Of a DNA stretch of 64,000 nt, positions 39,601-48,414 are shown in pieces. How positions within the stretch are numbered: position 1 is the first letter of the stretch; every line of letters starts with the position of its first letter. The notes under the pieces are model-generated. The model made no database searches. It saw nothing but the letters and a program-made list of their open reading frames with translations, and was not told the origin of the DNA. The position numbers and the translations under genes are program-made. Origin of the DNA: Nitrososphaerota archaeon (GTDB lineage Archaea > Thermoproteota > Nitrososphaeria > Nitrososphaerales > Nitrosopumilaceae); the NCBI GenBank assembly GCA_028867755.1, contig JAGWFT010000001.1, positions 67,457 through 131,456 of the forward strand, in the 5' to 3' direction.

Positions 39601-42600
39601 AGCTTCTAAAGTTAAAATTTAGATTGGCCCAGTCATTCCAGCCATTAAGTGTAGTTAGTTGGCTGTTAGTTGATGCATCACAATTTGGAATGTTAAATTC
39701 ATGAATGTTCGTTTGTACTCCATTCGTTAGTGTAGCATCTCTGGAAAAGGCAACCTGGTTTCCAAATGTTGCACCAAGCGGTAGCAGGTAATTACCTGAC
39801 GAATCTACGCCACCAATTACAGTCTGAAGTCCTGACGGCGTACTCTGTCCAATTCCAGTTTGTTCATTGAGATTGTTCTCGTTCAGAGAAGCAATTTGGG
39901 ATTCAGAATAATCAAGTGACCTTCCAGGAATAAGTGTTGGGAACTGGAACAGATAGTTCATGACACTTGGATAGTTTGGCTTGCAGTTTAGACTATCAAA
40001 TATGGCACCGCCGTGGTTGAGTCCCAAGTTGTGACCAAGCTCATGCATGAATGTTGACTCCTGTTCTACCACACTTCCAACATCATTTGTAAATGCACCT
40101 AGAGATACAACAAAGTTATTCCCGCCTATATCTGACCAGCCAGAAGATGTTGGTGTGTCCCTTAGCTGATCGATAAACATTGCATAGTGGAATGCCTGTC
40201 TCTTTGCACTGAGTATATCTGAGACATATTCTGACTGTGAACCAGAGAATCCTGCCGGCGGAGTAGCTGAATGTTCTGCAGCTATACCGATAAAGTCCTG
40301 TTTGTAGTCAAAGAATCCTTTGATGTACGTACCAGTTGGTGTTGTATATCCATTAAGTGGGATGGTCTGGTTGTGGAATCCAGCTTCGCTAGGGTTTATC
40401 TGTATATGTAATTGTATGCCGTGATTTGCAAATGCATTGACAACATCGTTCAGTGCTGTTGGGTTGGGCTGGAATCCTGCCATGTAGTTCACCTCTACAA
40501 ATAGATCCTTTTTGTTTACATTAGGACATACTGGATCTGGATTTGCCATAGATCCAAGTGGCTGAGTAGAGTCTGTAACTGTGAAACCATCACCTTGACA
40601 ATAGTACTGATAGTAAGCTGTGTTGCCAGTAGTAGGATTGGTGTATGGGATTTGAAGTCCTGGGCTTACCTTCCACTCGTCGCATATTGCATCACCTGCG
40701 GCATTGCTATTACAACTTGCCCTTGTGGTTTTATCAACTGAAGTTCCAGCAATTGAGTTAACATTTGACGCTGCAATTACTGATGCTGTGGGAGTAGCAC
40801 TTATTCCGCTTGTTACTGGTCTGAAGACACCGACACTCGTTTTACCGCTACCTGTCCAGTCTCCAACTACCGGTACGTCTCCTGATGCACCCCAGCCAGG
40901 AGCTGAGTATGTACCATCGTTATGGAGTAGATACCAAGTACTAGTAGATGGTCTGAAGACACCAACTTCTGTTATTGGTACTCCTGATGTGGATTTGGCA
41001 CCATCCCAGTTGCCAACTACCGGTACGTCTCCTGATGCACCCCAGCTAGGAGCTGAGTATGTACCATCGTTATGGAGTAGATACCAAGTACTAGTAGATG
41101 GTCTGAAGACACCAACACTCGTTTTACCGCTACCTGTCCAGTCTCCAACTACCGGTACGTCTCCTGGTCCACCCCAGCCAGGAGCTGAGTATGTACCATC
41201 GTTATGGAGTAGATACCAAGTACCACCAGATGGATTATATGTTGCATAAACCGAATCGCCTACTCTTGTAACTAGTTTGGTGAGATGATCAGCAGGCAAT
41301 GCTGATGAGATGAGGAATTGACTTGATGAATACTGAGATGAAGCAGTGGGGGTCTGGTTTAATGTAATCAACATTCCCTCAGGCTGACTTGTAGATGCAA
41401 CAAATGCAGTAACAGATTTTGCTCCACTGTTTGCAGCATTCTGGTCTGCCACGCTCATTATCAAAGATTCCTGGTCAATGGTAAACACAGGAGAGTTTAG
41501 TGTGGCAGCTGGCGTGGACGAAGTTGTTGCTAGTGCAGTAACACCAATTGCAGGAAGGCCGATGTTTTGAGGAGTAGCAGTATTTACAGTGATAAAGTCA
41601 TTTGCTGTCACAGTGTTTGACGCGCTGTCTTGTGCCTTGACAGTTATGGAATGAAGGCCAGTTGCCAGAGTTCCTGTCACAAACTTCCAATCGCCAGAGG
41701 CCTGGTCAAGTGTTGCAGGTGAAAACGTTCCGCTGTGATCAATGTCAACTCCAACACTTGTCACAGTACCCGAGGAGACAACATGAGATTCTATAGTGAT
41801 TACATTTTGTGTAGTAGATGTATTGTTGGAAGGAGATACAATTGAAAGTGTTAGAGGAGCAACTGTCACAGATATCGATTGTGTAGTAACAAGCCCTGCA
41901 GAATCAGTTGCGTTGACGTATATCGTATGCAGACCGCTTGCAAGATTACCTGTTGTAAATATCCATGCTGTGGTACCTGTTGCTGCAGATACAGGACCAT
42001 TGTCCACCTTCCATGATACTGCAAACGAGACAATGTCAGACGCGGTACCTGATACGACAGGAGCCTGTGTAGTAATTGTTGCACCATTGGCAGGCGATGT
42101 AATGGATAACGTTGGTGGTATTGTAGTTACAGTCACTGCAAATGATTGTGTGCTGACAAGCCCTGCAGAATCAGTCGAGTTGACCTGTATTAGGTGCGAC
42201 CCTTGTGTCAATGTTGGATTAAATGACCAGCTCACGCTTGGTCCAGGGGTAATAAGCACTGTATTTACAGAGCCACTATCTGCCTTCCATGACACACCAG
42301 TAACCGATACGGCATCAGTTGATGTACCGGAGACGGTAGGTGTCGTAGTACCCAGTGCTGCATTGTTAGAGGGTGAGGAGATGTGTGTAGTTGGTGCAGC
42401 CGAGTTTACTGTTATTGATTCTGATTTTATTGTAGAGAGTCCGACACCGCTAGTAGCGTTTACTGTAATTGTATGTGAGCCATCAGAAAGTCCTGATGCA
42501 CCGTAAGACCAGCTAGTAGAGTTACCAATAATTGTTGCAGGAGAGTACGAGCCAAGGTCAATCTTTATCTGAACGCTGCCTATTCCAGATTGTGTATCGT

Positions 42601-45600
42601 TTGCAGTTCCGCTGATTGTAAATGTTCCTGTATTTAATACTGCATTATTGGCAGGCGATGTTATGATAACAGTCGGTGGGAATGATTGTACATTTACTGA
42701 AAAGAATGTTGGAGTAGAGATTATGGAGATGTTGTTGTCGACATTGTTAGTTACATAGAGGTCACCGTTTGAAGGAGCATACGTAATTCCAACAGGAGTA
42801 TTTCCTACAGGGATTTGTAAGCCGACAAGTGTGTTGGTTGTACCGTTGATTACTGATACTGAGCTACCACCGCTGTTAGTTACATAGAGGTTGCCGTTTG
42901 CAGGATCAAATGTGATTGCGTATGGACCGTTTCCAACTGAGATTGGGGAACCGACTATATTGTTGGTTGCACCGTTGATTACTGATACTGTGCCACCACC
43001 TTGGTTGGTTACATAGATGTTGCCGTTTGCAGGATCAAGTGCAAGACCAAATGGATTTGATCCCACTGCGATTGGGTTTGTAAAGCCAGTAGCAAGTGCG
43101 TTTGTTGTTCCATTGATTACAGAGACAGAGTTGCTGGCGTAGTTGGCTACATAGATGTAGTTGCTTGCAGGATTGTATACCATTCCTTCAGGATGGGTTC
43201 CTACTGTGATTGGACTGCCTATCACTGTATTTGATGCGGCATTTATCACCGATACGGTTCCCGCGTTAAAGTTATCTACAAATATGTGCTGGTTTGCCGA
43301 GTCATACACAACACCAGCTCCTCCACCGGCACCGATGTTTGTAAGAAGCGAGGTTCCATTTATGACGTTTGTAACTCCGCTAAGGCCGTTTACGTATATC
43401 TCACCATTTGCCGAGTCGTATGCTAGACCAAATGGTGTAAAGATTCCGCCAAGCGGGATTGTTGCAACAATATTGTTGTTTGCGGTATTGATTACAGATA
43501 TGCTGTTAGCGTTATAGTTTGCTACATAGAGATAGCCGTTTGCAGGATCGTATACGCTTTCTTCAGGAAGGGTTCCTACTGTGATTGGCGAGCCGATAAC
43601 TTTGTTTGAGGCATAGCTGTATCCATTATTTCCTGTATTGTCAGTTGCTCTTGCCAATATAGTATGAATGCTGTTTGTTAATCCATGTTTTGTGAACGAC
43701 CAAGATGTTGTGCCGTTTGCAAGTAGGAATGGACCGTTGTCAATTGATAATTTAACATGGGATATTGTAGAGTTTACAGCTGATGAGGTTCCAGTAATGG
43801 CAACATCAGATGATGTAAGTGTAGTGCCGTTTGATGGGAATCCTATATTGATATGCGGTGGAAACGCGAAGAATAATGTGCAGTTTCCGCATCCCGGAAG
43901 GCTTGTAATAATTCTTGGATAGAGTACTAGACCTGGATCAACAATGTTGCCGTTTGCCACTCCATCCGAGTCTCCAAACCCTCCATCGGTCACGTTAAGC
44001 AACATCGAATTCCTGTTGTTTACAATTGTAATGTGAGATGTAGCATTAACCCATGTTCCTCCCTGGAGTTTCCAGTATTGGGCATTTGCTGCAAGTTGTG
44101 CTGGGAATGTCATGTTGACAATATCATTTGCACCGTGTGCAAGACCTGTTACGTTAAACGCGAATGCACCAAACGGCAGTGTTGCATTTTGAGGAAGGCC
44201 GTTGCTTGTAAGGTTTGATGGCGAGATTGCAGCAAGGCTTGCAAAGCCACCAAATAAAGTCTTGAAGTTGACAATGCCTGCACCATTAGAAGATAAGGCG
44301 CTTGAGCTTGACGGAAAACTATTTGCAGAAAATTTCTCTACACGGTTGTTGTGAGCATCTACAACATAGATGTTGCTAGAGTTGTCAAGTGCAATCCCAA
44401 TTGGAACATTAAACTGGCCGTTAGTGGAACCAAATGAGCCAAACTGGGAGAGGTATGTGCCGGCAGAGTTGAATTTTTCGACGCGGGAGTTGCCTTCATC
44501 CGTAACATAGATGTTGCCGGAACTGTCAAGTGCTATTGCATATGGAGAGTGAAACTGGCCGGTGCCGGAACCTAATGAGCCGAATTGGGATTGGTATACT
44601 CCGGCAGAGTTGAATTCTTCAACGCGGGAGTTGCCTGTATCTACAACATAGATGTTGCCGGAGCTGTCAAGTGCAATCCCAAGTGGAGACAGAAACTGGC
44701 CATTGCCGGAACCAGAGGAGCCAAACTGGGAGAGGTATGTGCCGGCAGAGTTGAATTTTTCGACACGATCGTTTTGAGCATCTACAACATAGATGTTGCT
44801 AGAGTTGTCAAGTGCAATCCCAATTGGAACATTAAACTGGCCGTTAGTGGAACCAAATGAGCCGAATTGGGAGAGGTATGTGCCGGCAGAGTTGAATTTT
44901 TCGACACGGTTGTTGCCTGCATCCGTAACATAGATGTTGCCGGAACTGTCAAGTGCTATTCCATATGGAGTATTAAACTGGCCGGTGCCATTACCCAAAG
45001 AGCCAAATTGTGATTGGTAGACGCCGGCAGAGTTGAGTTTTTCGATGCGGTTGTTGCTTTGATCTGTGACATAGATGTTGCCGGAACTGTCAAGTGCAAT
45101 AAAAGCCGGACCGTTAAACTGGCCGTTGCCGGAACCAGCAGAGCCGAATTGTGATATGTAGGTTGCAAAGTGATTAAATTTTTCGACGCGGTTGTTGTCT
45201 GTATCTACAACATAGATGTTGCCGGAGCTGTCGATTGCAATGCCAATTGGGTGAAGAAGCTGGCCGTTGCCGGAGCCTTGTGAACCAAATTGGGATTGGT
45301 ATACACCGGCAGAGTTGAATTTTTCGACACGGTAGTTGCCATGATCTACAACATAGATGTTGCCGGAGCTGTCGATTGTAATGCCAATTGGATTATTAAA
45401 TTGACCGTTGCCGGAACCAAATGAGCCAAACTGGGATTGGTATACACCGGCAGAGTTGAATTTTTCGACACGATTGTTGCCTTGATCTGTAACATAGATG
45501 TTGCCGGAGCTGTCGATTGTAATGCCACCTGGATTTTGAAACTGGCCGTTGCCTAAGCCTGAAGAGCCAAATTGTGATTGGTATACACCGGCAGAGTTGA

Positions 45601-46030
45601 ATTCTTCAACGCGGTTGCTGCCTGTATCTGTAACATAGATGTTGCCGGAGCTGTCGATTGCAATGCGACCTGGACTTTGAAACTGGCCGTTGCCGAAGCC
45701 TGAAGAGCCAAATTGTGATTGGTATACACCGGCAGAGTTGAATTTTTCGACACGATTGTTGTTTTGATCTGTAACATAGATGTTGCCGGAGCTGTCGATT
45801 GCAATGCCAATTGGAACATTAAACTGGCCGTTGCCGGAACCAGATGAGCCAAACTGGGATTGATAATCAGCAGCTGCATTTTGTAAAGAAAATAATGGTG
45901 AAGGCAGTGAAAGATCTGATCTTGAATTTTGTGTAATAGGTTGTATCAATGATGCAAACATTGTTGATGGCGCAGGAATCATCATTGTTAAAACTACAAA
46001 AAATGCTATACCAAATGCTAAACGATTCAA
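36695..46030 (-). CDS. Giant (3111 aa) secreted multidomain adhesin/metalloprotease: 11 NHL repeats, choice-of-anchor-U-like domain, YVTN propeller, Ig-like domains, FG-GAP-like repeats, metzincin, further Ig repeats, helical region, pentapeptide repeats
   Basis: TTG start with a GGTGG RBS, signal peptide, uninterrupted 9.3-kb ORF. HELGHNLGLNH (40013-40045) and SVMNY Met-turn. GGFGDSDGVANGNIVDPG motif. Confidence 0.92.
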   Translation of the reverse strand: MNRLAFGIAFFVVLTMMIPAPSTMFASLIQPITQNSRSDLSLPSPLFSLQNAAADYQSQFGSSGSGNGQFNVPIGIAIDSSGNIYVTDQNNNRVEKFNSAGVYQSQFGSSGFGNGQFQSPGRIAIDSSGNIYVTDTGSNRVEEFNSAGVYQSQFGSSGLGNGQFQNPGGITIDSSGNIYVTDQGNNRVEKFNSAGVYQSQFGSFGSGNGQFNNPIGITIDSSGNIYVVDHGNYRVEKFNSAGVYQSQFGSQGSGNGQLLHPIGIAIDSSGNIYVVDTDNNRVEKFNHFATYISQFGSAGSGNGQFNGPAFIALDSSGNIYVTDQSNNRIEKLNSAGVYQSQFGSLGNGTGQFNTPYGIALDSSGNIYVTDAGNNRVEKFNSAGTYLSQFGSFGSTNGQFNVPIGIALDNSSNIYVVDAQNDRVEKFNSAGTYLSQFGSSGSGNGQFLSPLGIALDSSGNIYVVDTGNSRVEEFNSAGVYQSQFGSLGSGTGQFHSPYAIALDSSGNIYVTDEGNSRVEKFNSAGTYLSQFGSFGSTNGQFNVPIGIALDNSSNIYVVDAHNNRVEKFSANSFPSSSSALSSNGAGIVNFKTLFGGFASLAAISPSNLTSNGLPQNATLPFGAFAFNVTGLAHGANDIVNMTFPAQLAANAQYWKLQGGTWVNATSHITIVNNRNSMLLNVTDGGFGDSDGVANGNIVDPGLVLYPRIITSLPGCGNCTLFFAFPPHINIGFPSNGTTLTSSDVAITGTSSAVNSTISHVKLSIDNGPFLLANGTTSWSFTKHGLTNSIHTILARATDNTGNNGYSYASNKVIGSPITVGTLPEESVYDPANGYLYVANYNANSISVINTANNNIVATIPLGGIFTPFGLAYDSANGEIYVNGLSGVTNVINGTSLLTNIGAGGGAGVVYDSANQHIFVDNFNAGTVSVINAASNTVIGSPITVGTHPEGMVYNPASNYIYVANYASNSVSVINGTTNALATGFTNPIAVGSNPFGLALDPANGNIYVTNQGGGTVSVINGATNNIVGSPISVGNGPYAITFDPANGNLYVTNSGGSSVSVINGTTNTLVGLQIPVGNTPVGITYAPSNGDLYVTNNVDNNISIISTPTFFSVNVQSFPPTVIITSPANNAVLNTGTFTISGTANDTQSGIGSVQIKIDLGSYSPATIIGNSTSWSYGASGLSDGSHTITVNATSGVGLSTIKSESITVNSAAPTTHISSPSNNAALGTTTPTVSGTSTDAVSVTGVSWKADSGSVNTVLITPGPSVSWSFNPTLTQGSHLIQVNSTDSAGLVSTQSFAVTVTTIPPTLSITSPANGATITTQAPVVSGTASDIVSFAVSWKVDNGPVSAATGTTAWIFTTGNLASGLHTIYVNATDSAGLVTTQSISVTVAPLTLSIVSPSNNTSTTQNVITIESHVVSSGTVTSVGVDIDHSGTFSPATLDQASGDWKFVTGTLATGLHSITVKAQDSASNTVTANDFITVNTATPQNIGLPAIGVTALATTSSTPAATLNSPVFTIDQESLIMSVADQNAANSGAKSVTAFVASTSQPEGMLITLNQTPTASSQYSSSQFLISSALPADHLTKLVTRVGDSVYATYNPSGGTWYLLHNDGTYSAPGWGGPGDVPVVGDWTGSGKTSVGVFRPSTSTWYLLHNDGTYSAPSWGASGDVPVVGNWDGAKSTSGVPITEVGVFRPSTSTWYLLHNDGTYSAPGWGASGDVPVVGDWTGSGKTSVGVFRPVTSGISATPTASVIAASNVNSIAGTSVDKTTRASCNSNAAGDAICDEWKVSPGLQIPYTNPTTGNTAYYQYYCQGDGFTVTDSTQPLGSMANPDPVCPNVNKKDLFVEVNYMAGFQPNPTALNDVVNAFANHGIQLHIQINPSEAGFHNQTIPLNGYTTPTGTYIKGFFDYKQDFIGIAAEHSATPPAGFSGSQSEYVSDILSAKRQAFHYAMFIDQLRDTPTSSGWSDIGGNNFVVSLGAFTNDVGSVVEQESTFMHELGHNLGLNHGGAIFDSLNCKPNYPSVMNYLFQFPTLIPGRSLDYSESQIASLNENNLNEQTGIGQSTPSGLQTVIGGVDSSGNYLLPLGATFGNQVAFSRDATLTNGVQTNIHEFNIPNCDASTNSQLTTLNGWNDWANLNFNFRSSSLFSNGFYTPVSLNKDLTSTALTQIEALVITKLNSGLNSLPDSNFASPSTSRVIFNNDISIVISDIQSKNVNAAISELQAILELVNGPTPLITDKIAQNEMTTTINGIISSLQANLPPMASSQTVYVNGITTTPVTLQATDPNNLPLAYSSTNPSHGTLTGTAPNLMFNAFSSFTNTDSFTFHATNTNNVQSNTATILLKLENFPIANSQSVTLTENGKVALVLTGSGGSAPLQFSIVQGTSSGDLSGTAPNLVYTPATGFTGQDSFTFQTSDGLVNSSPATVSISIVAPSKTTVSTNTIVSVVPSSVIVGGSTTVTAQVVGSSPSGTVSFSAASGSFQPNQCTLSNAGTCSVTFTSSAPGQVQISGSYSGDLNNLPSSSSTLLKVSKATPSIAPSLGPSNVAVGATTTVTVQINNGFLPGGTVSFASDGAGSFNSTSCTVNNNQCAVTYTPSSVGTSTHTITATYSGDANNQGSSNSVGLTVTPTAPTESVTLTPSSVIVGSSSVVLVKINGISPTGTVSFTSNSTGSFNSTSCTVHNNQCAVTYAPSSVSNGYHKITAAYSGDPNNKQNTNNAVLSVSQAIPTTTISLGSSSIPLGGSTTVAAQITNGFSPSGTVSFSAASGSFQPNQCTLSNAGTCSVTFTSSSSGQVSIMGIYSGDTNNKQSSGSVILTVGSLESQKSGLASTIKGLESGIFDKGMIQKLARAADHIQNSATNSLWNTDGTTLDLKNGNKVFNQEADAVNILKKLLLQSTSQDTDLVDPRGDDTTKDHDLDSVITTTLPLGTASSIQTIINQLVSIDNTLAQNQVNTATSFLASLQSHNAPPALIAQVQKDVSNANSWMQKAQSDLAGGNSHRAIYDYRQAWESATDAMNLSGANLQGYNLSGMNLQGVTLSGVNLQGANLQNTNLQGDDLSGSNLQNAILSGANLQGANLKGDNLQNANLTGANLTGANLKGANTSGAIGLH
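36710..36970 (-). repeat. Pentapeptide repeat region (A-N-L-x-G type), C-terminus of the giant protein
   Basis: About 16-17 consecutive ANLQG/ANLTG-like pentads. Confidence 0.92.
37661..38630 (-). repeat. Nested internal duplications (A-B-B-A) among Ig-like repeats
   Basis: Identical 106 bp at 37661-37766 and 38525-38630. 54 bp with one mismatch at 37961-38014 and 38249-38302. Confidence 0.9.
40811..41222 (-). repeat. Three near-identical FG-GAP/VCBS-like repeats (TWYLLHNDGTYSAPxWGxxGDVPVVGxW...VGVFRP)
   Basis: Near-identical at DNA level; the middle copy carries an insertion (GAKSTSGVPITE). Confidence 0.88.
44315..45865 (-). repeat. 11 tandem NHL repeats, 141-bp (47-aa) period
   Basis: YQSQFGSxGxGNGQFxxPxxIAxDSSGNIYVxDxxNxRVEKFNSAGx repeated 11 times; 11 x 141 = 1551 bp, matching the coordinates. 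Confidence 0.97.
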
Positions 46031-46390
46031 AGACTTTCCACCAGATTCCCAGCATTGTTTCTAATTATCAATTGAATTCCATATTCCCTATTTGCAAGTC
46101 TAGATATGACACATCTCCTAGCCCTACAAAATGGAGTGTTATTATAGAATAGTATTATAGAACCCCCTTCAACAATCAACCTGATTATTCTCATAATAAA
46201 AACATGATCTTCCAATACTGGAAACGAGAATTTTATGTAAGAATATTTTTATAAAAAGAAAAAATCAGAAATAATGTATATTCATACAAATAAAATTGAA
46301 AAATTTGCAAAACTAACCCTTGACTCATCAGGTACAATATAATTGCAACGTATGGCGATGCAATACCAATTCATCCTTAATATATAGAAC

Positions 46391-46939
46391 ATGAAAATTT
46401 ACAGTATACTACAAAAAAGAACAAAAAAAACCATCAGTTTTAGAGTCGATCCCCATGTCATAGACGGATTAAACAAGGCTGCAAAAGATGACAGGATAAC
46501 ACTCAATGCCTTGGTAGATCAGATCTTTGACAATTATGTCACATGGGATAGAAAGGCCACCAAGTCAGGCTGGATCTTGGTAAAAAACAATGTTCTCAAA
46601 TTATTTATCGAGAACATCGATGAGAAAAAGATAGCAAGGCTTGGAATCCGTGCTGCAGGGATAGTGATGAGGGATACACTGCTTTCCATTTCAGGCAAGA
46701 TCGATCTAGAGTCATGGCTTTTAGTCACAAAGCACAGGTCAATGAGATCAGACTTTGCCTACCAAGAGTCGAAGAGCAATGATGATGGGATCAAGCTAGT
46801 GATCACACATGGGATGGGACTCAAGTGGTCGCTCTTTCACAAATGGTACTATCTACAGATGCTAAAAGATCTTGGCAAAAAGGCAGATGCCGAATATACT
46901 GCAAATACGCTTGTCATTAACATAAAAAATGTCACATGA
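46391..46939 (+). CDS. Ribbon-helix-helix DNA-binding protein with a thaumarchaeal-type C-terminal domain
   Basis: KTISFRVDPHVIDGLNKAAKDDRITLNALVDQIF fits the RHH pattern. Divergent from the giant gene. Confidence 0.7.
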   Translation: MKIYSILQKRTKKTISFRVDPHVIDGLNKAAKDDRITLNALVDQIFDNYVTWDRKATKSGWILVKNNVLKLFIENIDEKKIARLGIRAAGIVMRDTLLSISGKIDLESWLLVTKHRSMRSDFAYQESKSNDDGIKLVITHGMGLKWSLFHKWYYLQMLKDLGKKADAEYTANTLVINIKNVT

Positions 46940-47054
46940 AAATAATTGGCATCTCTGCAATCAGAGATCTACATGTTGAGATAAAAGAAGATGGATGTTA
47001 ATCCTGTCAGAGTAAAATTTCAACATATCTTTTTGCAGAATTAAAATAAGTCAT

Positions 47055-47366
47055 CTAAAAACTGTCGTGCTTTTCCACGCCGCCAAGTTTTTTCATAAAT
47101 TCCAAAAACGGCTCCTTTTCTGAGACCTCTCCTAAAAGTCCCCTCATCTTGTTTATTATGGTAATGTACTTGTCGCCACATCTTCTCTGGAGTGTCTTTC
47201 GCAAAGATTCTGGATGCTCCAAGCAGTCTGAAAAGTTATAATGGTATTCCGAGTCTAACCACTTTTGTACTGACTCGTGAAGCCCAGAGCCACCCACCTC
47301 AATTAGCGCCCTCTCTATTGTCACACTAACGAGTATCTTTTCCATCTCATTTTTGCTTGCCAACAA
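47055..47366 (-). CDS. Small helical hypothetical protein, resembling thaumarchaeal signalling output-domain proteins
   Basis: IERALIEVG...L..EYH....DCLEHPE.L pattern recalled for this family; unverified. Confidence 0.55.
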   Translation of the reverse strand: MLASKNEMEKILVSVTIERALIEVGGSGLHESVQKWLDSEYHYNFSDCLEHPESLRKTLQRRCGDKYITIINKMRGLLGEVSEKEPFLEFMKKLGGVEKHDSF

Positions 47367-47434
47367 TACATCAGTTTACAAAATGTTACTAGTTGCAGTA
47401 TATGGATAGAGCTTGTAATACTAGCTAACTAGTT

Positions 47435-48160
47435 GTGATATCAGCTAAATCAGGTCTATCAATTATTTCTGCAAATATATCATGCATGATAAAGAGATCA
47501 CCATACCAGATCGCAGTAGAGAGGGGCATAGTGACAGAGCCCTTCCAATACATAGACTCGCTAGAAGGTAGAAGACACATCATACTTGTCTATGATGACC
47601 AGATAGAGGGAAAGCTGATACAGTTTAGGTTCATAAGAAACGGCCTTAGAGTTGGCGAGAGTTGCTTCTACCTTACTCACCAAGAGCCCGAAATAATTGA
47701 AAGGGAGATGAGTGAATCTGGTTTGATAGATGCTGTAGAGTGGATGAAGAAGGGTCTGCTCTACATACACAAGATTCCAGACATAAGCCAGGATAAGGAG
47801 GGCATGCTTGAAGGATGCCAGAAAATTCTCAAAATGGTTCAGAGATACAAGGCACCATACAGGATTGTGGGAAGGGCCATCTCAGATGTGAGTACAGAAA
47901 TGGCAATGGAAGCCCAGTATGTCTTAGAGAAGGTCTTTCATTCCAAATTTGAGAGAACAAATGGCTCTTTTCTCTGCTACTATGACTGGTCGCAGATTGG
48001 CGGCAATCGCCTCAGATGGATAGAGAGACTTTCAAAGACACACCATGCAATGATCTTTGCAACAAAGTTCAAACTCGGTATGGCATTCAATCTAGAGGAT
48101 GTATTTCCAGATAGCCCCACAAATTATCTTAGATCTCCTCAACGCGATAGTAGCTGTTGA
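47435..48160 (+). CDS. Stand-alone MEDS-like sensory domain protein
   Basis: RHIILVYDD...FIRNGL..GE.CFY, RIVG, E..F, FLC.YD and THH motifs. Confidence 0.75.
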   Translation: MISAKSGLSIISANISCMIKRSPYQIAVERGIVTEPFQYIDSLEGRRHIILVYDDQIEGKLIQFRFIRNGLRVGESCFYLTHQEPEIIEREMSESGLIDAVEWMKKGLLYIHKIPDISQDKEGMLEGCQKILKMVQRYKAPYRIVGRAISDVSTEMAMEAQYVLEKVFHSKFERTNGSFLCYYDWSQIGGNRLRWIERLSKTHHAMIFATKFKLGMAFNLEDVFPDSPTNYLRSPQRDSSC

Positions 48161-48414
48161 AACAAAGACCAATAAGGTTTTGATTGGGTTGGATGAACCA
48201 GCCAATGTGGGAGACATAATGCCAAAAGTCTTTAGAAGCTTTGAGAGGCTGGCAAGTGCTAATATCACATCAAAGATAACAACCGTCTATCAATAGTGCG
48301 TCATTAAAAATTACATGATAATAGCAGACTAAAATAGATGCCAAGATTACTATTTCAGGTAACGTATTGCATACGTAAGAGATCACAAATCAGATTGTAG
48401 AATAATCTTAACTG

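Noticed and set aside
44315-45865. CRISPR-like appearance (conserved blocks of about 28 bp alternating with more variable sequence)
   Set aside because: The period is exactly 141 bp (47 codons), the whole unit is conserved and in frame within a long ORF, and there are no cas genes. It is an NHL coding repeat.
36723-45879. Many opposite-strand or alternate-frame ORFs over the giant gene (e.g. 36723..36953, 38673..39224, 40704..41249, 41796..42506, 45553..45879)
   Set aside because: Shadow ORFs produced by repetitive, stop-poor codon usage; no independent motifs.
48099-48296. 65-aa ORF overlapping the MEDS 3' end
   Set aside because: It overlaps a better-supported gene, both strands give equally plausible-looking peptides, and no family is recognised.
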